Source: Candidatus Altarchaeum sp. (GTDB lineage Archaea > Altiarchaeota > Altiarchaeia > Altiarchaeales > Altiarchaeaceae). From it: a stretch of DNA of 45,195 nt. The notes beneath the pieces were generated by a model. It saw only the letters and a list, made by a program, of their open reading frames with translations. It did not search any database and was not told where the DNA came from. Numbering within the stretch: the first letter of the stretch is position 1; every line of letters starts with the position of its first letter. Shown one piece after another: positions 1 to 8,667 of the stretch. The translations under genes were made by a program, and so were the position numbers. The stretch is taken from NCBI GenBank assembly GCA_018260615.1, contig JAGWDQ010000087.1, positions 1-45,195 of the forward strand, in the 5' to 3' direction.

Positions 1-123
1 CATAATTATAGGAAGAATAAAATATTTTTCCCTTTTTGGAATCTGATTGCCACAAAACCTATAGACAAACATTAATTATCCCAATTTTAGTGGGTCAGCA
101 CCAAATTTTGACAGAAATTTTTC

Positions 124-1311
124 TTAAATTTCCAGTTTCCGCTGTTTAAAAGGTATAAATTTCTCAGGAACAAATTCCTTTTGCCTGTCAGCATATTTTC
201 CCTCCCCATAAATGCAAAAACTCAACCGCGAAATTTCCGCCTTCTTCAGTGCCTTTGCAAGTTCTGAAATTTCCTCTATTTTGTAAATTTCATTATTTGA
301 AGCAATCATCGCATCGTATTCTTTCAGCCGTATTTCCGGCAAATCAGCGAGCAGATAATCATAAGGAATGTTCAATGCATCGCAAATTTTGCATTCAAAT
401 TTTTTCTCATCGTCTTTAACATCTCCACAAAAAATTTCCCCTATTTCTTCGTATTTCGCGACATAAAACCGCTTGAATAAATTTCTGTTTTTTATGCGGG
501 TTAAAATTTCTTTTATGTATGGATTTGCAGTACTCTCATTAGATTTATTTTCCAGAAAATTTAATAAATCGCAGTCATCCATTTCCGATAATTTTTCAAT
601 TGTTAAATTTTCTTTTGCATAGTCATAAGCCCTTGAAAACATCTTTTCGGCGATCCGTTTTGTGTGATGTCTGTAAACCGTCTGGTGCATCATATTTCTC
701 GCTATGAGCAATTTTTCTACTGCTTCCAATCCGCCTTCGTCAATGACTAAATTTTTTTTGTCCGATTTTATGCAGCCGATTATCCGGTCAATATCAATAA
801 TCCCGTAAGCAACTCCTGCATAATACGAATCCCTGATTAAATAGTCCATCTTGTCAACATCAATATCCGATGAGATAATTTTTCCGTAAATGCCTTTTCC
901 GAATATAAGGTCTGTGATTTTGTTTACATTAATTCCGTAAAAATTTAATATGTCTGTAATTTCGCTTTGTTTTATAAGTCGTGCGGAATTTTCCTCATGA
1001 GAGAAATTTTTTATTTTTAAAAGATGCGAGAACGGAAGGTGGCCCGTATCGTGCAGTAATCCCGCGAGACGCAAATCCTGTGTGTCTTCTTTACTTAAAT
1101 TTAAGTGCATACCAACTTTTCCTGCCAGATACATCACACCAAGAGAATGTTCAAATCTTGTCGCATTCATAGCAGGATAAACAATATAAGCGAGTCCGTT
1201 CTGTTTTATTCTCCGCAGTCGCTGCATTTGCGGAGTGTCTAAAATTTTTAATTCAGCTTCGGTTAATTCAATGTCCTTGTGGATTGGATCGCGGATTATT
1301 TTGGAATCCAT
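124..1311 (-). CDS. HD-superfamily metal-dependent phosphohydrolase (SAMHD1/dNTP triphosphohydrolase-like)
   Basis: Motifs IRDPIH, RLRRIKQNG, TRFEHSLGVM, LLHDTGHLPFSH (HD) and IDVDKMDYLIRDS typical of the family. Confidence 0.9.
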   Translation of the reverse strand: MDSKIIRDPIHKDIELTEAELKILDTPQMQRLRRIKQNGLAYIVYPAMNATRFEHSLGVMYLAGKVGMHLNLSKEDTQDLRLAGLLHDTGHLPFSHLLKIKNFSHEENSARLIKQSEITDILNFYGINVNKITDLIFGKGIYGKIISSDIDVDKMDYLIRDSYYAGVAYGIIDIDRIIGCIKSDKKNLVIDEGGLEAVEKLLIARNMMHQTVYRHHTKRIAEKMFSRAYDYAKENLTIEKLSEMDDCDLLNFLENKSNESTANPYIKEILTRIKNRNLFKRFYVAKYEEIGEIFCGDVKDDEKKFECKICDALNIPYDYLLADLPEIRLKEYDAMIASNNEIYKIEEISELAKALKKAEISRLSFCIYGEGKYADRQKEFVPEKFIPFKQRKLEI

Positions 1312-1430
1312 TTTAAATTTCTAAATTTAGGTTTATTTATGTTTAAATTTATATGTAAAAAATTTATCTTACAAATATAATTACTTATTTTTACAATTAA
1401 ATTTTACAATTAAATTTCACTATTGGCAAC

Positions 1431-2627
1431 ATGGATGCAGAAAAACTCAAAGAAATAATAAGGAACGGAGAAAGTTCTACCGTTGAATTTAAAGAAACAC
1501 TCACCTATAAATTGCCCCTGGAGAAGGAAATCGTCGCATTTTTAAATTTAAGGGGTGGGAAAATTTTGATCGGGGTTAGTGATGATAAGGATATTGTGGG
1601 GATTGATGAGAAGGAGTTAAAAGATATTGAGGAAAAGATTATGAATAAATGCAGGAGTGTTGTAAAGCCGGAAATAATTCCGATATATGAGACGGTTTTT
1701 GTTGACGGAAAGTATGTCGTTGTTTTGGAGGTTCGCGGAATTGATAAGCCGTACTATGTCTTCAAAGATGACAGAAAAACATATTATATCAGGGTGGGAA
1801 CAACGGAGAGAGAGGCAACGAGGGAAGAGTTAAAGAGGTTGTTTCAGGCATCGGGGATGATTCATTATGAAGAGAATCCGGTTTTCGGAAGCAAACCTGA
1901 AGATCTTGATATAAAAGAGATAGAAAAGTATTTTATAGAAAAGAGAAATATAGATACCTCTAAAATGAATAAATATGAAAGGACAAACATACTTATTAAT
2001 GCGGGAATCCTCTGTAATGTTGAAGGAGAAATTTTATGCTCTGTGGCAGGTATTCTTTTATTCGGGAAAGAACCTGCAAAATTTCTTCCCCAGTCAGGAA
2101 TGATGTTTGCACATTTTGACGGGAATGAAATTTCAGGTAAACTGACAGATAGAAAAGAATTAAAAGGAACACTTGTTAAGAATATAGAAGAAATGGTGAA
2201 TATTATTAACTTAAATTTACCTGAACAATCAGAAATACAGGGCTTAAAAAGGGTTGAAAAGGTCTTATATCCCTGCGATGTCATAAGGGAGGCAATTGTA
2301 AATGCGTGTGCTCACAGGGACTATACTATTTTTGGATCTAAAATTATGGTTTTTCTTTTTAACGACCGGCTTGAAATAAAAAGCCCGGGAAAATTGCCGA
2401 ACAGCATAACTATAGAAAATATAAAAATCGGAAGGTCCGTTCGCAGAAATCATTTAATTGCCCAATTCCTCAATGATTATAGATATATGGAGAAGTTGGG
2501 GCTGGGGATACGTATGATTATAAGAGAAATGAAAGATTTATCCGGAATAGAGCCGGATATTAAAGAAGAAGGAGAGGAATTTATAATCATTTTGTATAAA
2601 AAGAGAGAAAATGATGAAAATGAGTGA
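1431..2627 (+). CDS. AlbA_2 (Schlafen-like) domain plus C-terminal HATPase_c_4/RecG-C-like domain protein
   Basis: N-terminal GESSTVEFKE and IVAFLNLRGGKILIGVSD (AlbA_2); C-terminal IREAIVNACAHRDY, SPGKLP, RNHLIAQFL, MEKLGLGI. Confidence 0.88.
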   Translation: MDAEKLKEIIRNGESSTVEFKETLTYKLPLEKEIVAFLNLRGGKILIGVSDDKDIVGIDEKELKDIEEKIMNKCRSVVKPEIIPIYETVFVDGKYVVVLEVRGIDKPYYVFKDDRKTYYIRVGTTEREATREELKRLFQASGMIHYEENPVFGSKPEDLDIKEIEKYFIEKRNIDTSKMNKYERTNILINAGILCNVEGEILCSVAGILLFGKEPAKFLPQSGMMFAHFDGNEISGKLTDRKELKGTLVKNIEEMVNIINLNLPEQSEIQGLKRVEKVLYPCDVIREAIVNACAHRDYTIFGSKIMVFLFNDRLEIKSPGKLPNSITIENIKIGRSVRRNHLIAQFLNDYRYMEKLGLGIRMIIREMKDLSGIEPDIKEEGEEFIIILYKKRENDENE

Positions 2628-5157
2628 CGAGGGGAATGAAGAAATGAAAGAAGGAAAAAAGTATGCCGTATTTGTTTGCATTGATTATGTCGGTTCAACA
2701 AAACTCATTGAAACATTGGGAGAAAAAGAAGCAGGGAGAAGGATAAATTTTTACAGGGATACGGTTGACAGAATTTTTGAAAATTTTAAAGGCATAGGAA
2801 AGGGATGGAGCGGCGAGGGAAATTTCTTTTTTTTCTTTTATTCGGAGGAAAATAAAGCAATTGAAGATAATGCTGTCCAGGCGGCAATAAGATGTATCGC
2901 GGACTTAAGAACAGGAATTGATGTAGAGATTTCTGCAAGAATCTCAATAGGTTCGGGAATTATTGAAGCTGGGAAGGATTTGGGAAAAATAACTTCGCAT
3001 GAAATTTCACTTACAGGACATATTAATTCTGCATGTCCGGAAAATTCGATTTTAATTACTGAAAATGTTTATTTTGGACTTTCAGAGGAATTAAGGCATA
3101 AATTTAAAATTTGCGGAACAACAAAAAGAGATAATGTGCTAACCTTTATTTATCCCGTTGAAAAGAAGGATAAAGTAAAAAGAGAGGAATTTTTGGATGA
3201 AAGGGATGATTGGTCAAAAGATTATTTTAATTACATTAAATTTATTGAAAGTTCCAATACAACTTTACTAGTTACAGGTATAAGGCAGATAGAAAAGATT
3301 CCGACTTTAGACCTTGAAGAAGGATTTTTTCCAATAAGATTGACAAAAGCAGAAAAAAGAATATTTACTCCCGAATTGCTGGAAAGGGAACTTGAAAAAG
3401 AGAAAACTATAAAAAATATAAGAGAAACTGCTGTGTCGCGTAATTTTCTTGATGTGCTTAAAACAGACAAACACATTGTAATTTTAGGCGATCCTGGTGC
3501 AGGAAAGACAACCATTCTCAAATATATTGCACTTATGTATTCAAGAGGACTGAAAAAGATCTATGAAAAATTTGGCTTTGAGGAATGCTTACTTCCAATT
3601 CTTGTTCCTGTTTCTGCGATATACACTTTAATGGAAAATGGAAATAAGTACATCCTTGATGCCATTTGTGATTACTTCAAAACTCAGGGAATAGAAAATA
3701 TGGAAAAATTTATTAAGGAAAATTTAGATAAAGGAAAATGTATAATTTTGCTTGACGGAATTGATGAAGTTCCCACATATCAGGGAAGATTTTCAATAGT
3801 AAAAAATATTGAAAAATTTATAAAAAGGTACGGCAATAACCGGTTTATTATAACAAGCAGAATTATTGGATATGAAAGAATAAACATTGATTCAATAACC
3901 GAATACTATGTTTCTCAGTTAGATGACAATGAGATAAAAAAATTTGTGGATAATTGGTTTATGGCATTTGAAAAAAAGATTAATAAAAGTATGCCTGAAA
4001 GTGCAATTAAAAAGATTGTGGATTCCAATACAACACAATTAATAAATTCAATAAACGAAGATAAAAATATAAAGGATTTGGCGAGGAATCCGTTCCTTTT
4101 ATCATTAATTTGTTTGGTTCAAAAAAGCGGGTTTAAACTTCCAAGATACAGGGTTGAATTGTACAGAATTATCACAGAAACATTATTTGAGACATGGGTT
4201 ATGGCAAGAAATATTGGAGGTAAATCGTTGGTAGAAGCAAAGGACTATAAAGAAGGTGAAAAAGTTCTTGCTCCCATGGCTTTATGGATGCACGAAAATT
4301 GTCCTGGAGGAATTGGAAAGGAAGAGAAACTTAAAGAAAAGCTCATTGAAATAATGAAAGAAAGAGGGATTGCAGAAAATGAAGCAAGAAACACAACAAT
4401 TGAATTCTTCAAGTATCTTGCCGAGCAAACACAAATCATTATTCCGAAAGGAGGAGATTATTATGGATTCAGACATTTATCATTTGAAGAATTTTTGGCT
4501 GCAAGAGCGTTGATAATGAAAGAAAAATATGATAAATATTTAGAAAAATACAGCAAGGATCCGAGATGGACAGAGGTTTTTTTGCTTACAGCAGGATGGC
4601 TTGGAATCGTTGACGGAAGGGAAGAAGAAGTAACGAGAATTGTTGAAAGTTTAATGAAAAGTGAAAAATTAGGAGATTTGATACTTGCCGGAAAAATTGT
4701 TGCCGAAAATTTAGGTGTTAAAAAAGATGTTGGCAAAAAAGTAATAAATATGATTAGAAATAAATGGCTTTATAAATCTTTTGAATTTATGGATGTTGTG
4801 GATGTAAGGGCGGAAATAATAGAGAAAATTTTTGAAAAAACATTATTAAGGGATGAAGGAAAAGAGACATATGAAAAATTTATTGAGATATTAAAGAACA
4901 AGGGAGAAAACGAATTGATGCGAGAACGTGCAGCAAATGGTTTATGTTCCTTACTCAGAGAAGATGCAAACATCAAGGAAATTTTTATTGAGGTATTAAA
5001 GAACAAGGGAGAAAACAAATTCGTGCGAGGAAGAGCAGCATTCTATTTATCTTCATTAATTAAGGAAGATGCAAACATCAAGGAAATTTTTATTGAAATA
5101 TTAAAGGATAAATATGAAAGTAAAAAACTAAAAGAAACAATAAGAAAACATATTTAA
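2611..5157 (+). CDS. Class III nucleotidyl-cyclase-like domain + NACHT (STAND) NTPase + C-terminal HEAT/ARM-like repeats
   Basis: Cyclase-like VCIDYVGST, WSGEG, RISIGSG, NSILITENVY; Walker A GDPGAGKTT; Walker B IILLDGIDEV; ITSR; NPFLLSLI; FRHLSFEEFLAA; 35-aa helical repeats at the C-terminus. Start could be 2611, 2614 or 2620; overlaps the upstream gene. Confidence 0.85.
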   Translation: MMKMSDEGNEEMKEGKKYAVFVCIDYVGSTKLIETLGEKEAGRRINFYRDTVDRIFENFKGIGKGWSGEGNFFFFFYSEENKAIEDNAVQAAIRCIADLRTGIDVEISARISIGSGIIEAGKDLGKITSHEISLTGHINSACPENSILITENVYFGLSEELRHKFKICGTTKRDNVLTFIYPVEKKDKVKREEFLDERDDWSKDYFNYIKFIESSNTTLLVTGIRQIEKIPTLDLEEGFFPIRLTKAEKRIFTPELLERELEKEKTIKNIRETAVSRNFLDVLKTDKHIVILGDPGAGKTTILKYIALMYSRGLKKIYEKFGFEECLLPILVPVSAIYTLMENGNKYILDAICDYFKTQGIENMEKFIKENLDKGKCIILLDGIDEVPTYQGRFSIVKNIEKFIKRYGNNRFIITSRIIGYERINIDSITEYYVSQLDDNEIKKFVDNWFMAFEKKINKSMPESAIKKIVDSNTTQLINSINEDKNIKDLARNPFLLSLICLVQKSGFKLPRYRVELYRIITETLFETWVMARNIGGKSLVEAKDYKEGEKVLAPMALWMHENCPGGIGKEEKLKEKLIEIMKERGIAENEARNTTIEFFKYLAEQTQIIIPKGGDYYGFRHLSFEEFLAARALIMKEKYDKYLEKYSKDPRWTEVFLLTAGWLGIVDGREEEVTRIVESLMKSEKLGDLILAGKIVAENLGVKKDVGKKVINMIRNKWLYKSFEFMDVVDVRAEIIEKIFEKTLLRDEGKETYEKFIEILKNKGENELMRERAANGLCSLLREDANIKEIFIEVLKNKGENKFVRGRAAFYLSSLIKEDANIKEIFIEILKDKYESKKLKETIRKHI
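4882..5106 (+). repeat. 105-bp (35-aa) intragenic tandem repeat, two full units plus a partial third
   Basis: attga(g/a)(a/g)tattaaag recurs at 4882, 4987 and 5092; gaagatgcaaacatcaaggaaatttttattga is repeated verbatim. Confidence 0.9.
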
Positions 5158-5172
5158 AAACCTGAAAATATT

Positions 5173-5553
5173 TTAGAATTCGTTTTTTATGCAAAGATTC
5201 ACTCTTTTTCCGTGTTTGTTGTATGCTGCCACATCTTCAAGACATTTATATGGCTTTTTCACTATCAAATTTACTCTGTATTTTTCAAAAAAATTTAAAT
5301 CCGCCCGAGACGGAGTGAAACATTCATTCGGATGGCTGTGTATGGAACCAATTGCGTTAATTCCTATCGGAACCATCCACAAATCAATTGAGGAAAATGT
5401 ATCGCCAAAGGTAGTGTTCGGAATTATGTAAATTTCGTTCAAAGCATCATTTTCTTCCGAAAGTAATGCTATAAATTCCTTCGGGTAGAAATTTTTAGAT
5501 GCCTCAAGGATAAATCGGAGACATTTTTCCGTGATGAAATTTTCATCTTCCAT
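5173..5553 (-). CDS. JAMM/MPN+ metalloprotease (Mov34 family)
   Basis: N-terminal E (KEFIALL) and H-x-H-x7-S-x2-D motif IHSHPNECFTPSRAD. Confidence 0.88.
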   Translation of the reverse strand: MEDENFITEKCLRFILEASKNFYPKEFIALLSEENDALNEIYIIPNTTFGDTFSSIDLWMVPIGINAIGSIHSHPNECFTPSRADLNFFEKYRVNLIVKKPYKCLEDVAAYNKHGKRVNLCIKNEF

Positions 5554-5616
5554 TTTTCAATACTGCTAAATTTAATAAATTTTAAATTTATAATCATAAA
5601 TTATTATCCTTTTAAA

Positions 5617-6372
5617 ATGGAAACAAAATCATCTGTCAGATTGGTTGAAACGAAATGTCTAAATTTTAAAAATCTGGTTGTTATTATCGGATTTCCCGAT
5701 GTCGGACTTGTCGGGACAATAGTGGCGCACTACATCATAGACGAATTAAAATTAGATGAAATCGGACACATTGAATCGCAGTTGTTTCCGCCAATTCTCG
5801 TGGTTCATAATGAAAAGATACAGAACATAATACAGATTAACGGAAATGAGCATGTAATTGTCTTTACCTCCGAAATACCCATTCCTTTGGAAATTCTTAA
5901 TGATCTGGCGAATGCAATTATAACATGGCTCACTGCAAAAAAAGCGGGAATGACCTATATAATAGGCGGAATGCCAAATCAGAACCGGCTTGAAATGAAA
6001 AACATTGCCACTTATGCTATTCCGACAACATCTCGCGCATCGGCAATTTTAAATAAGGGAAATTTACAGTTATTTGATGAAGGCGTCATTATGGGAATGA
6101 ATGCGTTATTTTTAAGAAAATTTTTTGAGGAAAAATCAGACGGCATAGCTTTACTGGCGGACTCATTCCTTGCTTTTCCCGATCCCGAATCATCTGCTGT
6201 TGTAATTGAAAATTTAAACAAAATGCTCGGATGGAATATTGACATTAAAAAACTCATAGAGAAAGGAGAGGAAATACGGCTAAATGCGCGCGACTTGATG
6301 AAAAGAACAAAGGAAAATTTAAACAAAATGCGTGAGCCGAAGGAAGAGGAAATTCCGATGATGTATCGCTAA
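5617..6372 (+). CDS. Proteasome assembly chaperone, PAC2 family
   Basis: IIGFPDVGLVGTIVAHYII, ESQLFPP and FPDPESSAVVIE motifs; 251 aa. Confidence 0.88.
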   Translation: METKSSVRLVETKCLNFKNLVVIIGFPDVGLVGTIVAHYIIDELKLDEIGHIESQLFPPILVVHNEKIQNIIQINGNEHVIVFTSEIPIPLEILNDLANAIITWLTAKKAGMTYIIGGMPNQNRLEMKNIATYAIPTTSRASAILNKGNLQLFDEGVIMGMNALFLRKFFEEKSDGIALLADSFLAFPDPESSAVVIENLNKMLGWNIDIKKLIEKGEEIRLNARDLMKRTKENLNKMREPKEEEIPMMYR

Positions 6373-6412
6373 ATTTTCAGGTATAAATTTTATTGATGTT
6401 ACTTATTACAAA

Positions 6413-6748
6413 ATGAACGATGCAGTTGAAATTTTTAACAATGAAAGTTATGTTGAACCGCTTGTCCATATCGGCGAATCAGACGCTCAAATTGTTGTGA
6501 TGATTGACCTGCCGTGTGTCAGGAAAGAGGATATTGACTTAAAGGTGAGCGAAAAAGCGGTTGAGATAAAGACCATAATAAAAACGACGATTAAAAATAA
6601 ACGAGGTGTGAAATTTTGTCTTTTTCATAAAATTATAGACCTTCCGGCAAAGATAGTTCGGGAAAAAGTAAAGGCAAAATTTGAAAAAGGCATCTTGCTG
6701 ATAACACTGCCAAAAGAAAGGACGAGCAAAAGGATAAAAATTGAATAA
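6413..6748 (+). CDS. Small heat-shock protein (Hsp20/alpha-crystallin)
   Basis: VMIDLPCVRKEDIDL and AKFEKGILLITLPK alpha-crystallin motifs. Confidence 0.85.
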   Translation: MNDAVEIFNNESYVEPLVHIGESDAQIVVMIDLPCVRKEDIDLKVSEKAVEIKTIIKTTIKNKRGVKFCLFHKIIDLPAKIVREKVKAKFEKGILLITLPKERTSKRIKIE

Positions 6749-6757
6749 AAATAAAAA

Positions 6758-6832
6758 CGGGCCTGACGGGATTTGAACCCGTGATCTACAGCTTAGAAGG
6801 CTGTCGCCTTGTCCAAGCTAGGCTACAGGTCC
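6758..6832 (-). tRNA. tRNA-Arg(UCU), no intron, CCA not encoded
   Basis: Reverse complement GGACCTGTAGCCTAGCTTGGACAAGGCGACAGCCTTCTAAGCTGTAGATCACGGGTTCAAATCCCGTCAGGCCCG; anticodon arm ACAGC-CTTCTAA-GCTGT; T-loop GTTCAAATC. Confidence 0.95.
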
Positions 6833-6923
6833 ATAAAATTTAATAAAATTTAAATTTATTGAACAACTATTTAAATTTATTTATAAATTTATTTAATAAT
6901 TTATATTTGTGAAATAAATTTAA

Positions 6924-6931
6924 TTTATAAT
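6924..6931 (+). promoter_or_regulatory. Putative TATA box (TTTATAAT) about 21-28 nt upstream of the ATG; identical copy at 8640-8647
   Basis: Position fits an archaeal promoter for a leaderless mRNA; the ~45-bp upstream segment is conserved in both tandem paralogs. Confidence 0.5.
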
Positions 6932-6951
6932 ATTTAATTTAACCGTTCAAA

Positions 6952-8634
6952 ATGAACCAAATATTTTTTAAATCCAGACTGATTGCATTTTTGATGTTTT
7001 TTGTGATGTTTGTATCTGCAAATGTAAGTGCTTACGAAATAGAAAGCAACTTGTGTAAATGTACTTCCTGTGAGGATTGCACAGATGCATTACATAATAA
7101 AGCGTGTTCTGTTGTTCAACTAATAATAGACCTGACAGAATCAACAATGGGAAAAAGCAGTGCAAGTTGCATCGTTAATCCACCATTTTCAGATGGAAAA
7201 ACATTTGATTGTAATAATCATAAAATAGAACGATGCCCGACTTGTGGTCAGAAAGACACATACGGGGTGTATTTAAGAGACAAGAAAAATATGCTCATAA
7301 AAAATTGCAATATTATAAATTTTGATATTGGAATAGGTATTTATTCATCATCAGATATAAAGGTAACAAATAATAAATTTTCTAACGGACATACCGGTGT
7401 TTATCTTAACGGGACAACAAAATGTGATATTGAAGGCAATGTCATTGGAAATATGGAAAATGGAATACATCTTTCAGAGTCCGATTATAATACCGTCGCA
7501 AACAATGACCTTACAGGCATTAAGGGGAATACCGCAATGGCTATATTTTTAGAAGAATCATCTGAAAATTTAATAAAAAACAATAACGCAAACGGAAAAA
7601 AAGAAAAGGGGATATTTTTAAAGGAATCAGATGATAATACAATAAATGGAAATTCTGTTAATGAGTGTACTGTCGGAATACAAATAGAACATTCTTCATC
7701 CAATAATATATCGGAAAATAAAGGGAGTAACTGTCAGGAATCAGCAATTTTACTCACATATTCCTCAAAAAACAAAATATCAAAAAATAATGTGAATTCA
7801 AACAAAAAATACGGAATACAACTTCTCAGGTCAGATAAGAATTTAATAACCCTGAATGAAATGAAAAATAATATATTTTCTTATGGTTTGTCTGTTGAAT
7901 ACTCATCAGATAATAATATATCGGAAAACTTAATTTTATCAAATCGTGCAGGAATACACAGCACACAAAGTAAAAATTTTATATCTGGAAATAAAGTATG
8001 CCGAAATAAAGAGTATGATTTTGACTCTTCGGACTGGATGAAATCCGAAGGATACAACAATTATTGTGATATTTCGGGCGTATGGAATGACATAAATGCA
8101 AGCAGATGTAGCAAAAAATGCAAATGTGAGTCAAATGATGAATGCAACGATGATGAAAGTTGTAAAAATGCGGGATGTGAAAAGTTAAAATGTGGTAAAA
8201 TTTATGAGCATAAATGTGTTGAATGTTTAAATGACAGCGACTGTCCAAAATCTGAGAAATGTGCAAACAATAAGTGCAAACTGAAAGATGGATTTTGTAA
8301 TAGTAACAAGGATTGTAAAAGTGATGAGAAATGTGAAAATAACAAATGTATGCAATTGGAATGTCCAAGCAATGAAAAACCGGAAGAACATAAATGCGTT
8401 CCGAAAGAGACGAAGGAAGAAAAAACTACAAATGAGACAAACATAATAAATAATGTAAGTGATGGAAAAGAAAAACCAAAAGATGAATCGCAAAATTTAC
8501 TGCCTTTAATTCTGCTGGTAATTATTGTGATAATCGTGCTTTACTTTTTATTCGGAAGAAAAAAAAATACCAAAAGCACAAATGTTAAGGAGAAACCTAA
8601 AGAAGTTAAAGGGGGAGAAAATTTAAAAAAATAA
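6952..8634 (+). CDS. Membrane-anchored surface protein: signal peptide, right-handed beta-helix (PbH1/NosD-like) repeats, Cys-rich repeats, C-terminal TM (paralog 1)
   Basis: Hydrophobic N-terminus ending NVSA|Y; GIxLxxSxxNxIxxN repeats; C-x4-[DE]C-x5-C-x4-C modules; TM LLPLILLVIIVIIVLYFLFG followed by a basic tail. Confidence 0.85.
   Translation: MNQIFFKSRLIAFLMFFVMFVSANVSAYEIESNLCKCTSCEDCTDALHNKACSVVQLIIDLTESTMGKSSASCIVNPPFSDGKTFDCNNHKIERCPTCGQKDTYGVYLRDKKNMLIKNCNIINFDIGIGIYSSSDIKVTNNKFSNGHTGVYLNGTTKCDIEGNVIGNMENGIHLSESDYNTVANNDLTGIKGNTAMAIFLEESSENLIKNNNANGKKEKGIFLKESDDNTINGNSVNECTVGIQIEHSSSNNISENKGSNCQESAILLTYSSKNKISKNNVNSNKKYGIQLLRSDKNLITLNEMKNNIFSYGLSVEYSSDNNISENLILSNRAGIHSTQSKNFISGNKVCRNKEYDFDSSDWMKSEGYNNYCDISGVWNDINASRCSKKCKCESNDECNDDESCKNAGCEKLKCGKIYEHKCVECLNDSDCPKSEKCANNKCKLKDGFCNSNKDCKSDEKCENNKCMQLECPSNEKPEEHKCVPKETKEEKTTNETNIINNVSDGKEKPKDESQNLLPLILLVIIVIIVLYFLFGRKKNTKSTNVKEKPKEVKGGENLKK
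8131..8483 (+). repeat. 353-bp block identical to 9850-10202
   Basis: Compared by eye from tcaaatgatgaatgc to gaaaaaccaaaaga; no mismatch seen, while flanking sequence diverges. Confidence 0.85.
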
Positions 8635-8667
8635 TTTAATTTATAATATTTAATTTAACCGTTCAAA

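Noticed and set aside
5173-5553. JAB protein as a CBASS/Pycsar Cap3-like partner of the cyclase-NACHT gene
   Set aside because: It is convergent rather than co-transcribed, lies beside PAC2 and Hsp20 proteostasis genes, resembles housekeeping archaeal JAMM, and no E1/E2 gene is present.
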